Assembly: GCA_043753995.1 (NCBI GenBank)
Contig: JAYUVP010000017.1
Coordinates: 1 to 17,646, forward strand
Direction of reading: 5' to 3'
Origin: Fibrobacterota bacterium
Lineage (GTDB): Bacteria; Fibrobacterota; Fibrobacteria; UBA11236
Length of the DNA stretch: 17,646 nucleotides
The stretch's first letter is position 1. Every line of letters starts with the position of its first letter. The position numbers were made by a program, and so were the translations under genes. Shown piece by piece: positions 1-7,068 of the stretch. The notes beneath the pieces were generated by a model. It saw only the letters and a program-made list of their open reading frames with translations, did not search any database and was not told the origin of the DNA.

Positions 1-866
1 TATCCGAAAAAAGCGAAGGCCAAGGAATTGTAGGGAATGATCATGAACTTGCCGGTATTGGCAATCTCTGCAATCTTACCAGGTGGGACTTCCACGACAA
101 GGTCTATGGCATTCAATAAAAGGCTTTGCACAAGCAAGGACATTTCGGGCTGATAAACCATTTTGACTTCGCCGATATTGGGCGGAGCGCCATAATGATC
201 CGTAAAGCCGGTTAGAATGACATCGTGATTTTTGGTTTCGCGATCGAATTTGTAATAACCCGTGCCAACGGGCGATTTCGCGAATTTACTGAACTTGCTC
301 AAAACCGGCTTGCCTTGAAACTGGTGGGCCGGAACAATTTTGAAAAGGAAGCGTCGCTCGGGTTCAGCCACGCTGGCATGGAAGTCGAACTTCACCACAT
401 TGTCGCCCAAAACGGAAACGCTTTTAATCACTTCCAAAGCCTGACGGCTTTCAGGACGCACATCCGATAGCGGATTCATGATGGCATCATAGGTGAATTT
501 CACGTCATTCGCCGTGAAAGGCGTTCCATCATGCCACTTTACGTCCTTTCTCAAGTAAAAGGTGATGCGCTGATTGCCATTGAAAACATTCCACTTTTCG
601 GCCAATCGCCCCTTGACCTCGCCTTTATAATCAATAAAGACCAAGGACTCGAAAAGCAATTCGGAAAGGCGCAATGAGGTTTCATTGTCCGATGTGGTGA
701 TGGGATCATAGGTGTCAGGCAAAATCGGCTCAGCATAAATGAGGCGCCCTCCCTTCACCTGGCCTTCAGTTGCCGCTTGAGAAAAGGCCGCTAAGGCCGT
801 AGTCGCAAGCACGGCTCGGGAGATGATTTGCATCATTCGCCTTGGGAATCGAATCGTCGCCATCAT
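1..866 (-). CDS. ABC transporter substrate-binding protein, family 5 (OppA/DppA/AppA-like); 3' end runs off the window
   Basis: Not in the ORF track. My manual translation of the minus strand gives MMATIRFPRRMMQIISRAVLATTALAAFSQA (signal-peptide-like), then GGRLIYAEPILPDTYDP...LLFESLV...GRLAEKWNVFNGNQRITFYLRKDVKWHDGTPFTANDVKFTYDAIMNP, the classic SBP_bac_5 signature. At the window edge the same frame reads ...PYNSLAFAFFG. GAGAAGGA RBS lies just upstream of ATG 866. Alternative starts exist at about 914 or 834-837. Confidence 0.92.
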   Translation of the reverse strand, partial: MMATIRFPRRMMQIISRAVLATTALAAFSQAATEGQVKGGRLIYAEPILPDTYDPITTSDNETSLRLSELLFESLVFIDYKGEVKGRLAEKWNVFNGNQRITFYLRKDVKWHDGTPFTANDVKFTYDAIMNPLSDVRPESRQALEVIKSVSVLGDNVVKFDFHASVAEPERRFLFKIVPAHQFQGKPVLSKFSKFAKSPVGTGYYKFDRETKNHDVILTGFTDHYGAPPNIGEVKMVYQPEMSLLVQSLLLNAIDLVVEVPPGKIAEIANTGKFMIIPYNSLAFAFFG

Positions 867-910
867 GTTATCCTTCTCGTCCTCGCTCGATTCATGCTTC
901 GCCCATTTCA

Positions 911-2311
911 TCATCCGCCCTTGCGAAAAATTCGCTGGGCGTCGAAGCTGCGGGCCAAACCTGCGGAAACACCTTGCATGCAATAGTGCATTTGCCGGCT
1001 AGGGGGGAACTCTTTTTGCAAATGGTAAAGCGTCTCCACGATTTCCTCGTAGCGAAGCTTGTTGTTTTGGTAGATGGCAAAGCTATACTCCGCCATGTAT
1101 TCCGGATCGATTTGATCGATTCGATTGCGGAATTCGATTTTATAACCTTTGGCAAATTGCTGCACCGCAGCATCCTTATCACCCTTGGCCAAAAGCAAGC
1201 CGGCTTGGACCCGATAATAAGTGGGTCCGTTTTTGTCTTTCAGGGCCTGCTCGATGAGTTGAAGGCCCTTGTCCGGATTAAGGCCGGAAAAGTAATACGC
1301 TTCGGCAATATCTCTTTTCAAAGCCGCATTCCGGCCGGCCTGGGAGGTAAGGCCATCCAACAAGGTCTGGGCTTCCTTCATTTTTTTTGTGCTGGCCAAA
1401 ACTCTGGCTTTCAACAAAACAGCGTCAGTACTGGATTCTTTACCCAAATATCGAAGGGCTTCATCCCATTGTCCAAGCCGCAAGGCACTTTCCGCCAAGG
1501 CCAGTGGGGTCTTGAATTTGGCCGCCAATTCGGGATTCTTACTTTCCAATGCAAGCAATTCCAGATTGATTGCCTTCGCGAGGGCGAAATAGCCCCGGGC
1601 TAAGCTTCCCATCAGCTCAGGGTCGTAAAAATTAATTTGGGTGTTTTTGCCTTGGTCCTGGATGATTTCGGGATCTTGCCCATCATGAACCACGGCAGCA
1701 ACCGCTTTTTCCAAAGCATCGCGATCGGGACGAATTTCCCTGGCTAAAAGATTGAGGCGGCATCGCCGCGCTCGTGCGGAGGTTGCCGATAAACCATTTG
1801 CCGCGGGCAAGCTCGCTTGCCTTAAATCTAAAGCCTGCCACTGGGCGTCCACGCTTTTCACCGCCGCAAGCGGAGCTCCAGCTGCGAATTGCAAATACAC
1901 GGTGGCCATTTCCTGCACCGGGATAGGGCCGCTTTGCTTTGCCTTTTCCAACCAAACTTTTGCCTTTGCTGCATTTCCCAAAGCCGTTTCGATTTCACCC
2001 AGATAGAGATGAACCAACGGGGTAGCCGAAGTTTCAGCTAACTGGGCATAATAGTCCTGCATGATCACCAGGGAAAAACCCTGCAAATTTTCATACAGGC
2101 TTCCTAGTCTGAAATAGGCAAGGCCCTGCCCTTTCAAGGAACGTAAAGCCGTCTCATTGACGCGATTAGACTGTAAATCCTGATTCCACACAGCCACGGC
2201 TTCCTCATAGCGATGCCGTTGCAGCAAAGCCACCGGATCGTCCTTGGAATAAACCGCCGAATGGACCCCAAGCAGAAAAACCAACCCCTTGAGGATTGGC
2301 ACCTTCCGCAT
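911..2311 (-). CDS. Secreted/periplasmic tetratricopeptide-repeat (TPR-like) protein
   Basis: ORF 911..2368. ATG 2311 is the more likely start because it gives a signal peptide (MRKVPILKGLVFLLGVHSAVYS) and avoids overlap with the upstream gene. All-helical TPR-type motifs: GLAYFRLG, HLYLGEIETALGNAAKAKVWLEKA, LAESALRLGQWDEALRYL, AGLLLAKGDKDAAVQQF. Confidence 0.75.
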   Translation of the reverse strand: MRKVPILKGLVFLLGVHSAVYSKDDPVALLQRHRYEEAVAVWNQDLQSNRVNETALRSLKGQGLAYFRLGSLYENLQGFSLVIMQDYYAQLAETSATPLVHLYLGEIETALGNAAKAKVWLEKAKQSGPIPVQEMATVYLQFAAGAPLAAVKSVDAQWQALDLRQASLPAANGLSATSARARRCRLNLLAREIRPDRDALEKAVAAVVHDGQDPEIIQDQGKNTQINFYDPELMGSLARGYFALAKAINLELLALESKNPELAAKFKTPLALAESALRLGQWDEALRYLGKESSTDAVLLKARVLASTKKMKEAQTLLDGLTSQAGRNAALKRDIAEAYYFSGLNPDKGLQLIEQALKDKNGPTYYRVQAGLLLAKGDKDAAVQQFAKGYKIEFRNRIDQIDPEYMAEYSFAIYQNNKLRYEEIVETLYHLQKEFPPSRQMHYCMQGVSAGLARSFDAQRIFRKGG

Positions 2312-2321
2312 GCGGCCGAGG

Positions 2322-3626
2322 CTAATTCTTGAAAAGGTCATACTTCCCAAGATCCACCTTTTGGGCACCTAGTCGTAAATCGGGACCAATTAAAGCCGAA
2401 GCGAAAATTTGATAGTCTAAACCTTGCTCACCCGCATAGACGATGATGGGCAAATTGGGCAGGCAATCCACGTCGCGGTGAATGCTGGAATGGGTCGAAA
2501 TGGTAGCCCGCTGATAGCTTTGGTCATAGAGCCATTTCTCTAAATTGACGACTTCGAGGGGATTAAGCCGATTGGACTCGCGTTTGGCATAGACGAGGGC
2601 GCGTGAACCAGGCAGCCAGGTCGGCCCCCCATAGGAAGAAGGGTAAACATTTTCGGCGATTTTCAAGGTTTTCCCATGTAAATCGGCGACTTCGACAAGG
2701 TGCCCTTGAGGATCAATTTTCAATTGCATGACGCCTATATCGACGACACGATCATTCAGGTCATTGGATATCTGATAAGCGACGAAGTGACCATCAAAGG
2801 ACCAAGAGGGATGACTTTTGTTATTGCTGATTTTGTTATTAAAAACCTTGATGGACTTGTCTTCTTTGAAATCCATGAGGGCGATAGTGAATTGGCCGCG
2901 CTTTTTATTGCCACTGGTGCGCATGGTGAAAGCCAAATAACGGCCTTGAGGAGAGAATGCCGGAAACATTTCTTCACCCGGACTGGAGGTTAAGCGCACG
3001 AAGGCATTGCGGTTCTCACGCTTCAATTCCTTCTTGAAATACTTGGAAATGTCCTCGACCAAATACAAGTCGCCATCACCGGTTCGCGCGGAAACAAAAA
3101 CCAAACTTTTACCATCTGGGGCCCACTTCGGTGTCCCGTCCACTTCCGGATCGAAAGTGATGCGGGTAATTTCTTTGCAGCCGACGCAGCCCATATAAAC
3201 GTCATGATTATTGACGCCGCCCGCACTGACAAAGGCAAAATATTGTTCGCCTCCATGTAAAACCGGGCACCACTCCAATTCATCCTCATAGCCTTTAAAT
3301 AGGCCTTCCCCATCTTCTTCCATATTCACGTCCTCCACCTTCTGGGAACGCGCATTGGGGCTGATCTGCGACAAATCCTTAGACTTGGAATCGTAAAGCC
3401 ACAATTGGCGGTTATCGCGCACTTGGCGGATAAAAGCCATGTAATTGGGCTTGTTTGGGCACATCTTAGGGTGAAATAACTGCCCACTGATCTTGGCATT
3501 ATCACTGGAGACAACCACGACAGTCTTGCTGGCGTCCGTGGCTTCATCAGCGATGGAGACTCCGGCCCCCGAAAAGAGACCAACTAAAGTGAAGGCCATG
3601 CGCACAAACGAAACCGTGCTTTGCAT
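2322..3626 (-). CDS. TolB-like PD40 beta-propeller protein with signal peptide
   Basis: Repeated PD40/TolB blades: RITFDPEVDGTPKWAPDGKSLVFVSARTGDGDLY, RLTSSPGEEMFPAFSPQGRYLAF, HPSWSFDGHFVAY, GPTWLPGSRALVY. N-terminal signal peptide and GGAAGGA RBS. There is no room for a TolB N-terminal domain. Confidence 0.85.
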   Translation of the reverse strand: MQSTVSFVRMAFTLVGLFSGAGVSIADEATDASKTVVVVSSDNAKISGQLFHPKMCPNKPNYMAFIRQVRDNRQLWLYDSKSKDLSQISPNARSQKVEDVNMEEDGEGLFKGYEDELEWCPVLHGGEQYFAFVSAGGVNNHDVYMGCVGCKEITRITFDPEVDGTPKWAPDGKSLVFVSARTGDGDLYLVEDISKYFKKELKRENRNAFVRLTSSPGEEMFPAFSPQGRYLAFTMRTSGNKKRGQFTIALMDFKEDKSIKVFNNKISNNKSHPSWSFDGHFVAYQISNDLNDRVVDIGVMQLKIDPQGHLVEVADLHGKTLKIAENVYPSSYGGPTWLPGSRALVYAKRESNRLNPLEVVNLEKWLYDQSYQRATISTHSSIHRDVDCLPNLPIIVYAGEQGLDYQIFASALIGPDLRLGAQKVDLGKYDLFKN

Positions 3627-3644
3627 CAGCTTGTCCTTCCTGAC

Positions 3645-4940
3645 TTAGATAGCCGCGAGGCTCTTGAGATAATTGTCGGCCTTCTGATTTTCGGATTTGA
3701 ATTTGTCATTCTTTCCGAACCAGACCTGATAATCCTTCCAGCGCAGAATGGCCTGCTGCCGATAATAATTCTGTCGATCGGGATCCTTGGATCCTTTATA
3801 GAGTCGGGTCCAGGCCAGAGCCCAGAAATACTTGGTTCTTTGCATCACATCGTCGAACATGGCTGGCTCGATAAAATTTTGATCGCGAATGACCGACTCG
3901 AAGCATTTATGCGCCTTCGCATATTGCTTCAATTCGATATAGCATATGCCCAAATTCATATTGGCCAAGGGGTAATATTTCTCGTATTCCAAGGAATTCT
4001 GAAATGCCGTGGCTGCCTCGCTGATATGCTGCATTTTCAGCAAAGCAACACCACGTAGGAAATTGCCTTGAACAAATTCATCGCGTTCCGGTTCGCCTCG
4101 TTTACGCGAGGTCGGCTTGGGCAAGGCGGCAAAGGCCCGTATGGCATTGACGTAGTCTGCCTGCTTGTAAGCCTCAAGGCCGGTCTTAAAATGCTCCGAC
4201 GCCGTGGAGGGGGCATTGCCAGCAACGGGTTCCGCCTTGGGTATAGAAGCTACAGCGGCCAATCCATCTTCCGAAGGCTCAACCTTGGAGGGCATGGGCA
4301 TGTCTTCCGGAGCAAAGGCTTTGACTGGGGGAGCCGGTGGAGCGGGTGGAATGACAGGTGGGCTCACTGGGGGTGTGGGTGCCACAGGCTCAACCTTAGC
4401 GACAACCACCGGAGCTTCCTTCTCTTGTGCCGCTTTCTCCGCTGCAGCCTTTTCTTTGGCTTCCTTTTCCTGCAATGCTATCAATTTGGGCTCCGGTTTT
4501 TCTACGGCCGGTTTGAATTCTGCTGGCTTTGGCTTGCTTTCCGAATTGACGACTGGAGCCTTGGGTTTTGGGTTGGCGATTGGTTTTTCAACCTTAGCCG
4601 GAATCGGTTCAGGTGCAGGAGTTTCTGTGAGAGGTTCTTCTTTGGGCAATTCCGTCTCAGGAATTCGTGCTTCGGGAGTATCGCTGACTTCCATGGCAGC
4701 AGAGTCCACAACCGAACCTTGCTGAGAGTTTTCACTTGGCACTGGAAAAGCCGGTTCGATCTGGCTGCTTAATGCGTTTTTAATGCGCTCAGCGTCTTGC
4801 GCCTTCTTGAATTCGCGCATGCCCCAGCCCACCACAACGGCCAAAACGACCGCGACGATGATTAGAATGGAGATAAACTGGTTACGCTTTTTGCGCTTGG
4901 CAGAAGCTTCCAGGTAACTGTAATTCGTTGAATCATTCAT
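3645..4940 (-). CDS. Single-pass inner-membrane protein with Pro/Lys/Glu/Ala-rich linker and C-terminal TPR domain
   Basis: Basic cytoplasmic stretch KRKKRN, TM helix FISILIIVAVVLAVVVGW, about 190 aa of low-complexity linker (PAPEPIPAK, EKEAKEKAAAEKAAQEKE, PPAPPAPP), then TPRs (HFKTGLEAYKQADYVNAIRAF, ANMNLGICYIELKQYAKAHKCFE). Confidence 0.8.
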   Translation of the reverse strand: MNDSTNYSYLEASAKRKKRNQFISILIIVAVVLAVVVGWGMREFKKAQDAERIKNALSSQIEPAFPVPSENSQQGSVVDSAAMEVSDTPEARIPETELPKEEPLTETPAPEPIPAKVEKPIANPKPKAPVVNSESKPKPAEFKPAVEKPEPKLIALQEKEAKEKAAAEKAAQEKEAPVVVAKVEPVAPTPPVSPPVIPPAPPAPPVKAFAPEDMPMPSKVEPSEDGLAAVASIPKAEPVAGNAPSTASEHFKTGLEAYKQADYVNAIRAFAALPKPTSRKRGEPERDEFVQGNFLRGVALLKMQHISEAATAFQNSLEYEKYYPLANMNLGICYIELKQYAKAHKCFESVIRDQNFIEPAMFDDVMQRTKYFWALAWTRLYKGSKDPDRQNYYRQQAILRWKDYQVWFGKNDKFKSENQKADNYLKSLAAI

Positions 4941-4980
4941 AGCAAAGCCTTAAAGTAGTTCAATGCCCATGCCCGAGCGG

Positions 4981-6135
4981 TTATTCGTTGGCGTTTGGGG
5001 GCGGATCCTTGGGTGTGCCGAACTTATCGCCTGAAGGTTCGACCGGACCGCCTCCGCTTTTGTTAAGCGACTCTACCCAAAGTGCAGCCAATCCACCTCC
5101 GATTCCCAGGACGCCCAAGGAAATCCACAGTGCTTTACTATGGGACTTTTCGGGCGCCTTGGCTACCACGGGAGCTTCCTCTTCTTTTTCTCTCTCCGCT
5201 AGAGTATTGAAAAAAAGCCGCTCATAGTCCAGCAACTTCGCATCATCTTCGGATGGCTGCGGAGGCAATTCGAGTACCAGCTTTTTCAAGGCAATGTCAT
5301 AAAACGCCAAGCGATAGAAGTGATTCTTACCATCTCGGTAAAGCCGGGAATAAAGCAGATAACCCACACCGAGTTTTTGTCCCAAACCAACCATGTTTTC
5401 CAAAGAGGGGACCACGGAGTACTTGTTGATTTCCAGGGCGCCGAGCAAGTCAGAAAGTTCGGACGGGGCCATCAAATCATATCGCCGGACTCCGGCAATA
5501 CGGGTGCTTACGCGCTCAAAAAACACCTTGGCAGTTTGAGGATTATCGCTCAAGTCGATGACGGCCAGAGTTTTTTTCGAGGTGGCCCGACTAATATCCA
5601 TGGCTTGGGAGTTCAACCTTTTCAATTCTCGTGAATAAACTGTGGTCAGGTTTTGCTCCCTTACCTGCCCATAGCCTGATGGAGATTCAAAGGCACGCAC
5701 CCAAATCAATTGGGCCGTGGGAACATGCATCAATTTCATCGTCATGGCATCCACTCGGCCAAACATGCTACATGTCCCGTAAAGCACATAATCGACTTGC
5801 AAAATATTGCCAAGGTCAAAGGCACATTGCGTTGTATTACATCCTTGATCCGGGTTTTGTCCGTATTCACGCAGTTTTTTGGCAGTGGAATCGCGATTCA
5901 AAACTATCCACGATTCAGGAGGCAAAACTTTTCGAATGATATTGCCGACTTCAGGTTTGGGCTGATTGTCGGATAGTTCAATAGGGTCTAAAATGACTAT
6001 GCGCACAGGCCCTTGGGCCTTAGAAGCATCCTTAGGGGCCGACCACAGGGTGCTCACCGAGCTCAAAAGCAGGGACACGATCAGGACAAAAGCCCGATTC
6101 CTGTCTACTTGCCAACCACAAACCCCTGAGTTCAT
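4981..6135 (-). CDS. Exported protein with two tandem alpha/beta domains of TolB_N/CsgG/DUF2380-like type and a C-terminal Gly-rich hydrophobic segment
   Basis: ORF 4981..6156. ATG 6135 is preceded by AGGAG. Signal-like AFVLIVSLLLSSVSTLWS. Two similar units: GCNTTQCAFDLGNILQVDYVLYGT...TMKLMHV and ENMVGLGQKLGVGYLLYSRL...RLAFYDI. C-terminus WISLGVLGIGGGLAALW plus a Gly/Pro tail. The fold assignment is from motif recognition only. Confidence 0.65.
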   Translation of the reverse strand: MNSGVCGWQVDRNRAFVLIVSLLLSSVSTLWSAPKDASKAQGPVRIVILDPIELSDNQPKPEVGNIIRKVLPPESWIVLNRDSTAKKLREYGQNPDQGCNTTQCAFDLGNILQVDYVLYGTCSMFGRVDAMTMKLMHVPTAQLIWVRAFESPSGYGQVREQNLTTVYSRELKRLNSQAMDISRATSKKTLAVIDLSDNPQTAKVFFERVSTRIAGVRRYDLMAPSELSDLLGALEINKYSVVPSLENMVGLGQKLGVGYLLYSRLYRDGKNHFYRLAFYDIALKKLVLELPPQPSEDDAKLLDYERLFFNTLAEREKEEEAPVVAKAPEKSHSKALWISLGVLGIGGGLAALWVESLNKSGGGPVEPSGDKFGTPKDPPPNANE

Positions 6136-6232
6136 CGCTCTCCTAAAAACCTTCAAAGATAACCTGAAGACATGGAGCAGGCCTTATTCAAGCCATGCTG
6201 TCACTCTTTTTTGTGAAAAAGGCGGTTCAGAT

Positions 6233-6272
6233 TTGCCATAGGAGGCATGCTCTTGGTACATTGCCCCCCGCT
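6233..6272 (+). promoter_or_regulatory. Sigma70-type promoter of tRNA-Cys with GC-rich discriminator
   Basis: TTGCCA (6233-6238), an 18-nt spacer, extended -10 TGgTACATT (TACATT at 6257-6262), then GCCCCCCG as is typical of stable-RNA promoters, directly ahead of the tRNA. Confidence 0.6.
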
Positions 6273-6347
6273 GGCGACATACCCAAGTGGTAAGGGAGAG
6301 CTCTGCAAAAGCTTTATTCAGCGGTTCGAATCCGCTTGTCGCCTCCA
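6273..6347 (+). tRNA. tRNA-Cys (GCA), CCA encoded
   Basis: Full cloverleaf: acceptor GGCGACA/TGTCGCC, D-stem CCC/GGG with loop AAGTGGTAA, anticodon stem GAGCT/AGCTT with loop CT-GCA-AA (GCA at 6305-6307), T-arm AGCGG-TTCGAAT-CCGCT, discriminator U73 (Cys identity element) and CCA. Confidence 0.97.
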
Positions 6348-6359
6348 CCCATTTTTCAC

Positions 6360-6956
6360 TTATTTCATGGATACATCGACGTCGACGGTTTCTTCAGGAA
6401 TAACGTCCACGTGCATTTCTTTGGTTTTTCGACCATTCACCACTTTAAGCACGCGGGTTCCTGCCTCTAGGTGATTCACTCGTAAAACGCCTCCCCGAGT
6501 GGTGCCGATATACTGTCCGTCTACCCATACCTTTGCATTGATTTTGAGCGGTTCGGTTTTAATCGCCAGAGATCCATAGGGTAATTTCAGCTCTTTAGCG
6601 ATTTCAGTGGTTTTTCCGGGGCAAATATTCAAGCGACGAGTCACCAATTCTTCACCATTCAGCATAATAGTGAGGGTATAACGACCGCTGGAGAATGCCG
6701 TATCAATAGGACTTAATCCAAGCTTGGTACCGCCGAGGTAGACCATGGCCTTCTGAGGCTTGGTACGAATGATGACCCGACCCGACTCGCCTTTAGGAGG
6801 CACATCTCCGCACTCGGGCAAATTTTCAACTGCCGTGAAGACTTCTTCATCGGTTTCTGGAGCCGCTTCTTCCTCTTGGGCCATGGCCCCCTGAGCGAAA
6901 AAAAAGGCAGCGGTAAGAGCGGTTATCCATTGAAATTTACGGACGAAACCAGACAT
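6360..6956 (-). CDS. Secreted protein with two PEGA domains
   Basis: Signal peptide ending AQGAMA and strong RBS ACAGGAGG. Two PEGA motifs: GRVIIRTKPQKAMVYLGGTKLGLSP...GRYTLTI and GSLAIKTEPLKINAKVWVDGQYIGTT...LEAGTRVLKV. Confidence 0.88.
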   Translation of the reverse strand: MSGFVRKFQWITALTAAFFFAQGAMAQEEEAAPETDEEVFTAVENLPECGDVPPKGESGRVIIRTKPQKAMVYLGGTKLGLSPIDTAFSSGRYTLTIMLNGEELVTRRLNICPGKTTEIAKELKLPYGSLAIKTEPLKINAKVWVDGQYIGTTRGGVLRVNHLEAGTRVLKVVNGRKTKEMHVDVIPEETVDVDVSMK

Positions 6957-7068
6957 ATAAAACCTCCTGTGTCCTGCGAATCGGAAACCGCGGACGCGTT
7001 TGCAATATACCGAATTTCATGACGTCTCACCCCTCGCTTGTGGAAAGGAATGGTTTTAGAGCTCGGTT

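Noticed and set aside
225..736. Short ORFs 225..470 (+) and 551..736 (-)
   Set aside because: They overlap the real SBP reading frame, which the track missed because it has no stop codon within the window.
842..1603. 253-aa plus-strand ORF
   Set aside because: Antisense shadow of the TPR gene, with no recognisable motifs.
4068..4772. Plus-strand ORFs of 234 aa and 173 aa (Gly/Ala/Ser-rich or Arg/Phe-rich)
   Set aside because: Mirror of the low-complexity Pro/Lys/Glu linker on the minus strand, which is naturally poor in stop codons.
2322..4940. Calling these genes canonical tolA/tolB
   Set aside because: No TolB N-domain, no TolA C-domain or SHLS motif, and no tolQ/tolR/pal neighbours.
6201..6216. 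Inverted repeat TCAC-N8-GTGA upstream of the tRNA promoter
   Set aside because: Orientation is opposite to the CRP/FNR-type TGTGA-N6-TCACA site, and it is too short to support alone.
6247..6474. 75-aa ORF preceded by AGGAGG at about 6240
   Set aside because: It overlaps the tRNA-Cys and the PEGA gene antisense, and the AGGAGG lies too close to the ATG, within the tRNA promoter spacer.
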